DNA from: Haliotis cracherodii
Lineage: Eukaryota
Direction of reading: 5' to 3'
Length of the DNA: 64,000 nucleotides
Assembly: GCF_022045235.1 (NCBI RefSeq)
Contig: NW_027266282.1
Location: forward strand, 5,270,001-5,334,000
Part shown: positions 37,848-50,506 of the stretch, one piece after another
How positions within the stretch are numbered: the first letter of the stretch is position 1
How the letters are laid out: each line of letters opens with the position of its first letter
The notes under the pieces: generated by a model
Told to the model about the DNA's origin: nothing
Databases searched by the model: none
What the model saw: the letters and a program-made list of their open reading frames with translations, nothing else
Program-made: the position numbers and the translations under genes

Positions 37848-38610
37848 TAATGAAATATACACACAATGTGATGAAATATACACAAAATGCGATGGAATAT
37901 AAACACAATGTGATGGAATATACACACATTGTGATGAAATATACACACAATGTGATGAAATATACACAAAAATGCGATGGAATATAAACACAATGTGATG
38001 GAATACACACACAATTTGATGAAATATACACACAATGTGATGGAATATACACACAATGTGATGAAATATACACACAATATGAGTGAGTGAGTGGGTTTGG
38101 TTTAACGTCGATTTTAACATTATTCCAGTTATATCACGGCGTGTCATCTTGATTTTGGAGGAAAGCCCGAAGTGATGCAGGTCTCAGACGTTTACCACTT
38201 TGGTGAAACCCACGAGCACGGGTATGGTGCTGACAAACCTAGAAACATAATCGGGGTGAACCGGGATTCGAACCGAAAATCAATCACATGTTTCTGGCGT
38301 GTCCAGGGGACGCAACTCTGCACAGCGAATCGCGGCACGACTGGGTCACCCGTGCCCCCACACACAATGTGATGGAACATACACACAAAGTGATGAAATA
38401 TACAAACAATGTGATGGAAATATACACACAATGTGATGAAATATACACGTAATGTCATGGAATATACACACAATGTGATGAAATGTACACACATTGTGAT
38501 GAAATATACACACAATGCATGATATGTGATGAAATGTACACATATTGTGATGAAATATACACATATTTTGATGAAATATACACAAATTGTGATGGGATAT
38601 ACACAGATTA
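37848..38610. repeat. 21/22-bp minisatellite (CACAATGTGATGAAATATACA) interrupted by a family-C SINE
   Basis: Tandem units flank the SINE at 38079-38359 (minus strand). Confidence 0.92.
38079..38359 (-). mobile_element. Family-C SINE, full length
   Basis: Reverse complement of the copy at 50713-50997. Confidence 0.9.
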
Positions 38611-38879
38611 TGGTGAAATGTCTGGTGTATATATCAACCCCCCACTAAAAATATACGGAAGTTGGAAAGGGAAAAGACATTTTGAGGCCTGACTGGCCGT
38701 TTTACCCAATAATGTGCTAAAAACGCCACCAAAAGACCCTGGTGACAGTGATTTGTTTGGTACACACAATATTGCTTAATTTGATAGTTCATATCATAAT
38801 TCATAGGTCCCAGTTTTATAATGATATCAATGATCACAGTTACTTTTGTTGTGAACATGTCATGATATTCGTATATAGT

Positions 38880-39150
38880 AGTTGGGTGGTTGGTGTGTTG
38901 TTTAACGCCGCACTCAGCAATATTCCAGCTATATGACGGTGGTCTGTAAATAATCGAGTCTGAACCTGACAATCCAGTGATTGACATCATGAGCATCGAT
39001 CCACGCAATTGGGATACGATGACATGCATCAACCAAGTCAGCAAACCTGACCACCCGATCCCGTTAGTCGCCTCTTACGACAAGCATCGTCGCCTTTTAC
39101 GGCAAGGATTGGTTGCTGAAGACCTATTCTAACCCGGATCTTCGCGGGTC
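38880..39150 (-). mobile_element. Family-A retroposon, full length, duplicated-hairpin subtype
   Basis: Starts GACCCGCGAAGATCCGGGTTAGAATAGG on the minus strand. Confidence 0.92.
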
Positions 39151-39646
39151 TCGAAAAACAATGTTTATTCCTAATACAAGATATTTACCATCCCCAAACA
39201 CACAAGCGTGATAACCTCTCTATATACAGGACAACTTAATAAAACACGAGCCTCGTCTTCTACACAGTGACCTTGACAACTAAAACAGTATCTGTATCCG
39301 TCTGGATGTTCTCAAAGCGTCCAGTCTCTCGTCTTATGAGGGTTACACCACATTCGAAGTGGTGTTTGTAGGTTCGAAGTTTTCGATTTTCATCCTTATA
39401 TCTTACATCTGAAAATATAATTTGTGATAGCATCGTCCAGACCTAGACCTAGACTGACATTATATAACCCATTGTGGGCCATTGTGCCTCTTTGAACAAT
39501 CATACAAAATCACGGACATGTAACAGATGAACTGTTGAATATATGGCGCCACGTATGCGAGGGAGGGTCACTATTTTTCACATGAAGGTTATCTTTGTCT
39601 TTGGCCAGTGTCGCGACTCAGACTTTGTCAGGATTCAGGAAACAGG

Positions 39647-40131
39647 CATCTTCCCGAGGCAAGTGAGTTAACTGACCATAAAAGTCCAGTTTTCACCCTT
39701 GCTGAACTAGGCTGGTATTATGGAGTTACAATTTGGCTGGCCTTACGAGTCTATGCATAGTCCAATCAAAATCGCGCAACGAAATCGAAATCCGGTTCGT
39801 AAACTGTCATGCCTAGTTCGGTCGACTTTCATGTTTTTAAGCATTGTGCTCACGTGATGTGAGGCACTTCGCGATGTAAGACTCGTTTTATTACAATATA
39901 GATCTTGATTATCGATCAGATCGTTTTGGCCGGGCGCCACCGTTTTGTTTGAAACAAATGCAAGTGATACGAGACCTGGAATCTGATTGGTCAATAGGAG
40001 AGGCATAGAAAGGACATAACCCGTAATAGCCACTGGTGGCGCTACGATCGAGCCCAGGAATTCCAGCCTTGTTCGGCAAGGGTGGAAACTGGACTTTTAA
40101 AGTCAGTTAACTCCCTTGCCTCGGGAAGATG
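39647..40131. mobile_element. Non-autonomous TIR transposon with a 9-bp TSD (Mutator-like)
   Basis: About 70-bp TIRs CATCTTCCCGAGGCAAG.../...CTTGCCTCGGGAAGATG; TSD GGAAAC(A/T)GG. Confidence 0.9.
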
Positions 40132-40209
40132 GGAAACTGGTAGCTACAGGGGGTCGTATATGATCAAGCGTGTATGAGGTATATTTTCAACACGTCATAA
40201 AGCACATAC

Positions 40210-40560
40210 AGTCGGCATCTCTCCTGAGAAACGACCCGGAACGATAAAGATTTCACCCAGCTTCTGACGCCTGATCAGATACGACCCGGTTCATCATCAT
40301 TTATGAGACTTTACGTCGTTTTGAAGAACATCCAGCTTATTATGTTGAGCGATTTTTGACCATATGAGCCCTGTGTTCATCTCCATCCACCAGACTAAAC
40401 AAAAGTCAAACCAGTGGAAACAGCCTCTGAGATGGAAGAAGAAGGCCGTTCCATCAGCTGGCAAGGTGGCTTCCGCTTTCTGGAAACTACCTTCCGAAAG
40501 TTGTCAGTATTATACTGATATGTTTAGGCAACTGCATAAGAGTATCATGGCTAAACTCAT
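40210..40560 (+). pseudogene. Mariner transposase remnant
   Basis: TKQKSNQWK...KKKAVPSAGKVASAFW resembles the mariner SKQWK...PSAGKVMASVFWD motif. Confidence 0.65.
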
Positions 40561-40763
40561 ATCATTAGATTGAGAAAATTTCACGCATGTCAACAATCCC
40601 AAAGCTTGTAAGACAGGTTTAGAAGATGCTGAGAACCATGATTTAGAATATATATGGAGAAATAGCAGCCAGCAGGATACAACATGAACATGGTGAGAAA
40701 ACGATCTAAGACAATAGGCAAGACCTGATACTTCTTGTTTCACAAGATAAAGCAAGTTTAACA

Positions 40764-41004
40764 GACCCGTGAAGATTCGGGTTGGAATTGGTTTTCAGCA
40801 ACCCGTACTTGTTGTAAGAGGCGACGAACTGGATCAGGTGGTCAGGCTCGCTGATTTGGTTGATGCAGTCATCGTATCCAAATTACGTAGATCGTTGCTC
40901 ATGATGTCAATCTCTGGATTGTCTGGCCAAGACTCGATTATTTACATACCGCCGTCATTTTGCTGGAAGATTGCTGAGTGCGACGTTAAACAAACAAACA
41001 AACA
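40764..41004 (+). mobile_element. Family-A retroposon, full length
   Basis: GACCCGTGAAGATT start and (AAAC)n tail. Confidence 0.88.
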
Positions 41005-42148
41005 AGTTCCATTTGACACATAAATCTTGCCTCTCACTGTGACATTTGTAAGTGCTCTTTGTACATAACAAAATACAAGTAACTAGAAAGTAAATACACC
41101 ACTGAGTTCTTAATATATATCATGTTAAATCAGTAAAAACATAGAAACAATATTAGACAAGAATGGTGTTGACAATGAAAATACATGTACGAGTGATTCT
41201 ACAACGAAATTAATTAATTCTCAAAGGGGAAAATCAAATCTTTTCTCATCATTTCCTTAAAAAAGTAAGAAAGTGAAAACTAAAAAAAAAGTAAAATATC
41301 TCTATGTTGAAGGAACAAATAAGGAAAATTGTCAGACTATAAAAGAAACACACTTCTGTGATCTATCTAAACATACACTGGAATTCAATGGTATGAAATA
41401 CCGTCTAGATATTTGTATCACTGGGAACACCGAAATTACACAGGTTTACCTTAAGAATCTTGAAGAATGATGAAGGGATGGGGAACCAATACTGGTGGAA
41501 CAAACAGTTTCATGAGCAACCTCTCAATGAAACCAGCGACATAGAAGACAAACTCAACACACCAGAATTGTGTAATTCATGTCGATATTCCAGCAACTCC
41601 AGGCTTTCATGCCTACATTTCACAACTTTTGAGGTACAATCAAGCTTGCTCTTTCAACGAAATGTCACGAAAATTTACGACTCTTGCTCAAACGTCGTTT
41701 GATGAAGGTTAGTACATTGGGGTCTCAGAAAAGATTTTAAACTTTTTTGTGGTAGATATGTGGAGGACATTTCTGAACTGATGTCCGTTGCAATTCCCTA
41801 TTTTTGACTTTTATTTGTAATTATGAATTTGCCTTTGCATGTGTTTTTGATGGTGGCACCGGTGGGGCAGGTTACGCCCACTCTTTTTGCGAACACACGG
41901 TATCGTATCTATTTGATGGTGATTCATAAATTGTTGGTAGGTAATTTGCCCAAAATATATTGTCTAGTAATAATTATACTTCAGACTGTTAAAAAAAGAA
42001 GCCATTGTCTGCCACAAAACTGACATCGGTAAGGTCTATTTCTGAACAAGAAATTAAGGGCACTACCACACCCAAACACCCACCACCACCCCGACCCCCA
42101 CCCCTCGAAATTGACACATGGAGGACACGGAACTTAGGCGATGCTTAC

Positions 42149-42280
42149 GTCGGACGCAGCCCCTGTCGTTGACAGAGAAGCTGTAGCCAATCTCGCAGTC
42201 ACAGACACCAGCGTTGCAGGTACTAGTGGGTGTTTTACAGTCAGCGTTGGAACCACATGGGTAACCGATGTATCCAATGG
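42149..42280 (-). CDS. PAN-EB-PAN protein, exon 2 (EB/EGF-like module: IGYPCGSNADCKTPTSTCNAGVCDCEIGYSFSVNDRGCVR)
   Basis: TCTTCCCGCTTTCAG acceptor and GTAAGC donor; symmetrical phase-1 exon with six cysteines in EB-module spacing; absent from the ORF track. Confidence 0.85.
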
Positions 42281-42654
42281 CTGAAAGCGGGAAGACAGTT
42301 GAAATGGAGCATTCCTATGGAATTATGTATGTTGTATTATTTAAGGTCACTCGAACAGGATATCACTTACATGTTGGCCCTTTGATGGATGTGGAAAGCC
42401 AAGCGTCATCCACGTGGTGGACAATTACGCCTTTGATGAAACCCGCGAGAACAGATATGGAACAAAGAGTCTGACCAGGGCTCCACTATCTATATAACTA
42501 TCATTTAGCTGGGATATTGCTGAGTGGAGCGTTAAACAACAAGCATACAATTAACGCAACACCATATGACAACACCAGAATTGTGCTGTGCAGAAGACGT
42601 TATTTGCACTTTCTAGGACTGTCAATTGATTCGCACTCCCTTGGACTGTTAATT

Positions 42655-42893
42655 GACCCGAAACTCGGGATAGAACAGGTCTTCAGCAACCCATGCTTGT
42701 CGTAGGAGGCGACTAACGGGATCGGGTGGTCATGCTCACTGAATTGGTTAATGCATGTCATCGATCCCAATTGCGTGGATCAATGCTTATGATGTCAGTC
42801 ACTGGATTGTCTGTCCAGACTCAAATATTTACAGACCGCCGTCATATAGCTGGAATATTGCTGAGTTCGGCGTTAAACAACAAACAAACAAAC
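42655..42893 (+). mobile_element. Family-A retroposon
   Basis: Head hairpin, body and tail are present. Confidence 0.87.
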
Positions 42894-42939
42894 ATAAATT
42901 CTACCAATTCCAGGTAACTACTGAACGTTTAATACTCAC

Positions 42940-43261
42940 CCCTGGAAAGGTAGAACAGTTCTGTTCCAGACGATAATGGCGCATCACTGGGCTTGGAGAA
43001 ACATACTCCGTGGATACGACATCCGCTGTTCGCCTTCTTGAAGGTGAAGCTGACGCAGCGCTCATCCCGCAGACAATGCAGTAGGCACATCACTTTGCTT
43101 CCTTGGGTGGAGCTCGAGATGAGGAACCGGGACAGCAGCCTGTTGCTGAAGCTGTTCTGGCGCATAGCGTACTCAGCGATGACCGTCTGGCTGCTTGACG
43201 TGTAGATCAGTCTGGCTATTGTGTCAATAAGGAGCAGAAAGGATGGGATGTGCCTTGGCAT
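42940..43261 (-). CDS. PAN-EB-PAN protein, coding exon 1 (putative signal peptide plus first PAN/apple domain)
   Basis: MPRHIPSFLLLI...; CLLHCLRDERCVSFTF...CRIH PAN pattern; phase-1 GTGAGT donor. Confidence 0.8.
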
Positions 43262-43602
43262 TGTGGAACCGGAGACTACCTTCTTCCACGTCTTGACGAA
43301 AAAGCCACGCTCTGAAATTAAATCTTCACTGTCAGCAGGCTGGTGGTCACTGTTCAAAAGTGAAACGTCACAATGGGATGTTTGGATACGTCATCATGTC
43401 AGATTACTTGTATGAACTAAACACTAATGCTAAAAGAAACCCAAAAAACAAAACCAAAAAAAAACAAAAAAAGTCTAGATTACTGCAGTATCTGAAAATG
43501 AAGAGAGTCACTGGGCTCCCTTTTATTATATTTTTATTAAGATAACTGAACAACTGTTTTTTTCTGTACGATATGTTCATTTCAGAGACTAGATGTTAGT
43601 CT

Positions 43603-43760
43603 AGGATCGGGTGGTCAGGCTCGCTGACTTTGTTGATGCATGTCATCGTATTCCAATTGAGTGGATCGATGCTCATGGTGTCAAGCCCAGACTCGATTAT
43701 TAGCTGGGATATTTCTGAGTGCTGCGTTAAACCAAAAAAAAACAACCCCCCAAAAAACAA
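43603..43760 (+). mobile_element. Family-A retroposon, 5'-truncated and internally deleted
   Basis: GGATCGGGTGGTCAGGCTCGCTGAC body and tail. Confidence 0.75.
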
Positions 43761-43873
43761 ACAAAAGAAACGATAAACAAAACAAAGACTGAATTACAGT
43801 AACTGTTTTCTCAATAAACTAACGGGCAAAAGAAACGATGCCAAATTTTAGAATGTCCAAACTTTCAACCTCT

Positions 43874-44178
43874 CAACTGTGTGCGGTCTGTGTGCGGTCT
43901 GTGGTGGCAACTGTGTGCGGTCTGTGGTGGCAACTGTGTGCGGTCTGTAGTGGCAACTGTGTGCGGTCTGTGGTGGCAACTGTGTGCGGTCTGTGGTGGC
44001 AACTGTGTGCGGTCTGTGGTGGCAACTGTGTGCGGTCGGTGGTTGCAACTGTGTGCGGTCTGTGGTGGCAACTGTGTGCGGTCGGTGGTTGCAACTGTGT
44101 GCGGTCTGTGGTGGCAACTGTGTGCGGTCGGTGGTTGCAACTGTGTGCGGTCGGTGGTGGCAACTGTGTGCGGTCTGT
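43874..44178. repeat. 23-bp minisatellite (CAACTGTGTGCGGTCTGTGGTGG), about 13 units
   Basis: Direct tandem repeats. Confidence 0.96.
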
Positions 44179-44470
44179 GACATTTCGTAAGCCAATCTGC
44201 ATCATACCGATAACCCCACCTCTCTAATCACGTGATGATTGCTGTGATTTGTGTGACCTCAGATGCCAAATGTTAATGTCACAGTGATTTAGTCCCGTTT
44301 ACCGATTAGAGATGGCTCTGCATTTGAATTACATTTGTTATGGTTTAAAACAATTTCTTACATATATGAGTAACCGAATTATTTTTTTCACAATGGGTCA
44401 TGTAGGCTGCGTTTGGTTGAAACATATCAAAATGTACTTTAATATTATGCAGCAGTTGGTTGAAAGTTTG

Positions 44471-44711
44471 GAACAAGTACTGTCAGTGTTGCTCTGACGA
44501 TCAGAAACGAATACTGTCAGCGTTGCTCTGGTGATCAGAAACAAGTACTGTCCGTGTTGCTCTGGCGATCAGAAACAAGTACTGTCCGTGTTGCTCTGGC
44601 GATCAGAAACAAGTACTGTCAGTGTTGCTCTGATGATCAAAAACAAGAACTGTCAGTACTGCTCTGACAATCAGAAACAAGGACTGTCAGTGTTGCTCTG
44701 ACATTCAGAAA
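44471..44711. repeat. 34-bp minisatellite (AACAAGTACTGTCAGTGTTGCTCTGACGATCAGA), about 7 units
   Basis: Direct tandem repeats. Confidence 0.93.
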
Positions 44712-44834
44712 CTTCTCGTCTGAGGCGGACGGTGTTGCCAGGTTCGCTGACTTGGTTCATTGCGAGAAGGACGCTGCACATGATATTGGTCACCGGTTTG
44801 TCTTTCCGAACTTGAGCTGGAACATTGCCGAGAG

Positions 44835-46482
44835 AGGAATATTTGCTAGTGAGACGTTAACAAACCGACGTCATATAGCTGGGATATTGCCAAGCGAGAC
44901 GTTACACAAGCCGACGTCCTATAGCTGGAATATTGCCCAGCGAGGCGTTACACAAGCTGACGTCATATAGCTGGGATATTGCCTAGTGAGACGTTACACA
45001 AGCCGATGGCATATAGCTTGAATATTGCCCAGCGAGGTGTTACACAAGCTGACGTCATATAGCTGGGATATTGCCTATTGAGACGTTAATCAAACCGACG
45101 TCATATAGCTGGAATATTGCCTAGTGAGACGTTACACAAACCGACGTCATATAGCTGGAATATTGCCTAGTGAGACGTTACACAAGCCGACGTCATATAG
45201 CTGGAATATTGCCTAGTGAGATGTTACACAAGCCGACGTCATATAGCTGGAATATTGTCTAGTGAGACGTTACACAAGCCGACGTCATATAGCTGGAATA
45301 TTGCCAGGCGAAGCGTTACACAAGCCGACGTCCTATAGCTGGAATATTGCCAAGCGAGACGTTATACAAGCCGACGTCATATAGCTGAAATATTGCCTAG
45401 TGAGACGTTAAACAAGCCGATGGCATATAGCTTGAATATTGCCCAGCGAGGTGTTACACAAGCTGACGTCATATAGCTGGAATATTGCCTAGTGAGACGT
45501 TACACAAGCCGACATCATATAGCTGGAATATTGCCTAGTGAGAAGTTACACAAGCCGACGTCATATAGCTGGAATATTACCTCTTGAAACGTTAATCAAA
45601 CCAATGGCATATAGCTGGAATATTGCCTAGTGAGACGTTACACAAGCCGACGTCCTATAGCTGGAATATTGCCTAGTGAGACGTTAAACAAGCCGATGTC
45701 ATATAGCTGGAATATTGCCTAGTGAGACGTTAAACAAGCCGACGTCATATAGCTGGAATATTGCCTAGTGAGACGTTACACAAGCCGACGTCATATAGCT
45801 GGAATATTGCCTAGTGAGACGTTAAACAAGCCGACGTCATATAGCTGGAATATTGCCAGGCAAAGCGTTACACGAGCCGACGTCATATAGCTGGAATATT
45901 GCCAAGCGAAGCGTTACACAAGCCGACGTCATATAGCTGGAATATTGTCAAGCGAGACGTTACACAAGCCGACGTCATATAGCTGGAATATTGCCCAGCG
46001 AGGCGTTACACAAGCCGACGTCATATAGCTGGAATATTGTCTAGTGAGACGTTAAACAAGCCGACGTCATATAGCTGGAATATTGCCATGCGAAGCGTTA
46101 CACAAGCCGACGTCATATAGCTGGAATATTGCCCAGCGAGAAGTTAAACAAGCCGACGTCATATAGCTAGAATATTGCCAGGCGAAGCGTTACACAAGCC
46201 GACGTCATATAGCTGGAATATTGCCCAGCGAGACGTGACACAAGCCGACGTCATACAGCTTGAATATTGCCTAGTGAGACGTTACAAAAGCCGACGTCAC
46301 ATAGCTGGAATATTGCCAGGCGAAGCGTTACACGAGCCGACGTCATATAGCTGTAATATTGCCAAGCGAGGCGTTACACAAGCCGACGTCATATAGCTTG
46401 AATATTGCCAAGCGAAGCGTTACACAAGCCGACGTCATATAGCTTGAATATTGCCCAGCGAGGCGTTACACAAGCCGATGTC
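44835..46482 (+). repeat. 46-bp satellite derived from the family-A 3' tail, about 35 units
   Basis: Unit GCCGACGTCATATAGCTGGAATATTGCCTAGTGAGACGTTACACAA versus SINE tail ACCGCCGTCATATAGCTGGAATATTGCTGAGTGCGGCGTTAAACAA; a decayed family-A body lies immediately upstream. Confidence 0.95.
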
Positions 46483-47599
46483 GACAAACCTCACCTTACC
46501 TTAAAAATGTGACGATCAGGCCAGCATTCAACAGAACAGGTTCCTCTGAGTCTTGATCATCTAACAATGACCGTGTATACAACCATCCCCTGTAGCCATA
46601 ACCGTAGGCATTAGGTCATGGGGGAGCTATTTGAAATGGTTTTGTAAAATAAATAAACAAGTTCCAAACGACGCTGAAAAACATTCATACATATAAAATT
46701 AACACAATTTCCATCTCACCTGGAATCCTTTGCTAAATCTTTGGCTATCAGAAAATAATTATCAATAAAGACCTCAGTCTATTTATTCTGAGAAAAAAAT
46801 AATTATCAAAGTTATCAAGTACACGTTCAACAATGACTCCACCTCGCCTCGGGGACAGGCAATGAGAGCGCAGGCCAATGAATGTTTAATGTTCTTGTTT
46901 CTTGAAGAATGTGCCTTGAAGTACATGCATGTATGAAGGTCGTGAAATATTGAAGTAACATACTAATTGCGGTTGTTTTCACCTTGCACATGCATCTTTT
47001 TAATCAACATAAATTTTAAAAGCAAGAATAATAAATTTTCGGGGATTATGAAACGTATGCCATGTTGCTGCATGTAAATAAAGTGTACATGTACTTTTAC
47101 ACTGATAAAAAGTCACAAAGCTTTTTATTGAGTTCATATCGATGATTCGCTTTCTTGGGAAACTGAAAAGCAGTTTTCACTTGCAAAGTCATAAACGTTG
47201 TCACGGGATTATTGGACAAGTTTATTATTTATGTCGTTTTCACAATTCATTCAGTCATAGATTCAGGATTTTTACTGCCGTCCTTGATAGGACCATTCCC
47301 GATTAAAATTTGTCAAAGGTTTTGTCAAGATCCTGTGATTCGTGGCGGGAAATTCACAAACAATCAGATATTGTTCAGGAAGCGTCCCGATTCAGCCGTT
47401 TCCAGTCGAATTCGTCCCGATTCTCAATCCGAATGTGATCCGACTTGTATCTTACGCATGGTAAAAACCGACCAAATCTGTCCCGACAGCGTCCCGATTC
47501 TCCCGAATGCGATCCGACACACACACACACACAAGTCGATTTAATATTATACATACAGATATGAAATTTGGGAGCTCAATAGTCACATGTTGTCGTACA

Positions 47600-48925
47600 A
47601 AGGCATTGAAAACTGTTCATTGTCATGTCACATAAGGCCACAAGGTTGCGCATCTTCTCGGCACTGGCTGGATAGGTGTACGAATTCTGTCCTGCGGAAT
47701 TCTGCGCCATTAAGCTTGTAACGCATTGGCCAGTTGTGGGAGTGTCTGCGGCGTGTTCTGACGTTGACGTACCCATCGATCGAGTTCATCCAAGAGGTGT
47801 TCGATTGGGTTGACATCTGGAGATCTCGACGGCCAGGGCAAGTCGTTGATGGTGACATTATGGTGGTAGACTACCGAGACACGAGTTGTGTGCGCTGGAG
47901 CGTTGACCTGTTAAAATAGTTACATCTGGTAGTCAATGATTGGAAGAAGGTGAGGTTGAAGAATGTGATTCATGTAGCGATTTGCTGTCAAATTTGCTTG
48001 AACAACAACCTAGTCAGATCTCGAGGTGTAGGATATGGCCTCCGCACCATGACACTACCGAAATTGTCGAATTCACGTACACAATGTGCGTGAAAAAGCT
48101 CGTTTCGACGACAATAAACACGTTGTTTTCCATTTCGCCGGTAAAGAAGAAATTGTGATTCCTCGCTAAACCACGCTCGTCTCCAGTTTCTTCAAATTCC
48201 AAAGCTGTGAGGTATGGCACCAACGCAAGCGTCGCTGTCGGTGGATCTGTTGCAAAACAGGGACAATAACTGGTCTTCTGGGTCGGATTCCAGCCTCGCG
48301 AAGATGGTTCCTGACAGTCTGGTCCGATATCCTCCTCAAACCAGGGATGCGTCCTGCAGTCTCCGTAGCTGTGGCATTGCGATGACGTAGGTGGAACAGT
48401 CGAATGTAGCGATCCTGTGCAGGGGTGGTAACTCTTGGTCGGCCGGTTCTCGGACGGTCTGCAGTGGAATTGAACAGTTACTGTGTGTACCGGTCCCAAA
48501 GGCGGCAAATGGTGCTGTGGTGGATGTTGAAGTGGCGTGCAACAGGAGACTGCGATTCCCCTCTTTGGATACGTCCTATGGCCATGTTCCGATCGGCAGC
48601 GCTGGGTCTCGGCATTTTCGAACTTGATAAATGTTGACAATTGAACGACAAATTATTAGTTTGTGCTTGCCTTTTTATAGCCACTACCACGAGTTACGAA
48701 TCCCATAATTGCACGTGCATTTTGCTTTACTGTTTTTCTCCTTGACATTTTGGAACAAGTGTGAAAACAATGCCGTTTAAGACATTGCACATCGACAATG
48801 GCTGCGTTTTCAGGCCACCAGTATTTTCCAATAACATATATCCAATTTATGTCCCGGATTTTTTGTGTAGTCAGGTTCAATTAACTACATACTACCTGTG
48901 CGGTTTTTGTTGTTGCTAAAGTGTA
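47600..48925 (-). mobile_element. Tc1-family DNA transposon with a decayed full-length transposase (about 48615-47620)
   Basis: MPRPSAADRNMAIG...VARHFNIHHSTICRL HTH, RPRTGRPRVTT, WFSEES and WPSRSPDVNPIEH motifs, with stops and frameshifts. Confidence 0.9.
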
Positions 48926-49515
48926 TTAGTGCAATCATTTTGGACACGACGCTAAACCCTATGTCACCTCACCTCAACGTGTAACTGGAAAACTGACAGA
49001 TATATGTGCCACCTTAGCCGCTTTTCTAGTTGTGCCTTTTATAATGAAAATGTGGGTATGAGTGAGTCTTTATCCGATTCTTGTAACTTTCAGTCACATC
49101 ACTGCAGGGAACACCAAAGACTGCATGGGCTTCACTTATTGTTCCCTGGTCTTCGACGTGTCTAGTCACCGCTTGGAGAATTTCACCATTATATTCATCA
49201 ATAAATGCCTTAAAACATTGTACATTAATATAGCACCACATTCACTTAGTAAGTACGTATATAACTATACGATGTATCCTTGGGTAAGTGAGTTTGTTCG
49301 AAATTGTCCTCTGCTCACCCAGCAGTGAATGGGTACTCTGTAGGATGAGATGGTATTGTGGCAGTTAACCTTCTAGTGCCTCACAGTCAGCTTGTGCTGT
49401 ATACTTCCTAGGAAGCTGAGAATGATAAACGCGTGTACACTGGTCCATTGACCCGTGTTATGAAACATTGTTATTATTCATATTCTTCTTCTTCTTATTA
49501 TTATTATAATTATCT

Positions 49516-49546
<31 letters not shown>

Positions 49547-49571
49547 CAGTAGTAGTATGACTAGTGTCCCT

Positions 49572-49737
49572 GGGGGGCGGTCGGGTAGCCTAGTGGTTAA
49601 AGCGTTCGCTCGTCACGCCAAAGACCCGGGTTCGATTCCCGACATGGGTACAATGTGTGAAGCCCATTTGTGGTGTCCCCCGCCGTGATATTGCTGGAAT
49701 ATTGCTAAAAGCGGCGTAAAACTATACTCACTCACTC
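49572..49737 (+). mobile_element. Family-B SINE, young full-length copy
   Basis: Intact A/B boxes; 12-bp TSD ACTAGTGTCCCT. Confidence 0.94.
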
Positions 49738-49894
49738 ACTAGTGTCCCTAGCCTTGTTTCACAAAGCGATCGTAGCCAAGGCGATCATAACTCCCATACT
49801 TAAACATAGACTGAAACAGTCGTAGCCGTGCGGTCGCTTTGTGAAACGGGAACCTGAGGTGAAATAGTACTCAATTAGAATTTAGTACCTTCAG

Positions 49895-50062
49895 TGAGTG
49901 AGTGAGTGAGTATGGTTTTACGCCGCTTTTAGCAATATTCCAGCAATATCGCGGCGGGGGACACCAGAAATGGGCTTCACACATTGTACCCATGTCGGGA
50001 ATCGAACCCGGGTCTTCGGCGTGACGAGCGAACGCTTTAACCACTAGGCTACCCGACCGCCC
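49895..50062 (-). mobile_element. Family-B SINE, young full-length copy (inverted relative to its neighbour)
   Basis: Near-identical reverse complement of 49572-49737; 11-bp TSD AGTACCTTCAG. Confidence 0.94.
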
Positions 50063-50506
50063 AGTACCTTCAGACAATACGTAAACATAACCATTGGACG
50101 CCTTGTGAAACATTGAAGAATTGACAGTAATAGTTTTGTGTGTGTTCGTGGATGTGTTAATGTTAAAGCCGATGAGCACACTGGGTCTATTCTATTATCA
50201 GCCAATCAGGAATCAGTAGTCCTTGGTCAGCCAATCAAATGTTCCGGAACAATTTGCAATTGATACATTTTGTCATCGTGAACTCTTGAAGTTAGCATAT
50301 ATTGTGTTAATATTTGTTGTTGGAGTGCAGTGCGATTATGATAATCTACATATTGTTGTCTTTGTCATTAAATATACAACATACAAATGCCAACAGTGAC
50401 AAGTCAAAATTATTCTCAGAATGTACGTTGTTTTCTGTCAGTCTAGGCTGATTCAGTTAGATTTTATCAAATAAAAAAATAAATATTCAAATGAGTGACT
50501 TACGGG

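Noticed and set aside
37766-38147. N-terminal part of the 215-aa ORF 37500-38147
   Set aside because: Consists of SINE tail and minisatellite; only 37500-37765 behaves as an exon.
43838-44227. Cys/Trp-rich ORFs in several frames
   Set aside because: Translations of a 23-bp minisatellite.
44835-46482. CRISPR-like array (constant core plus variable segment)
   Set aside because: The variable parts are a few recurring alleles of one sequence rather than unique spacers; there are no cas genes; the context is eukaryotic and the unit derives from a SINE tail.
49572-49650. tRNA-Asp gene (also tRNA-like heads of families C and D)
   Set aside because: The tRNA-like head continues into a SINE body and tail with TSDs and multiple dispersed copies; the cloverleaf is imperfect.
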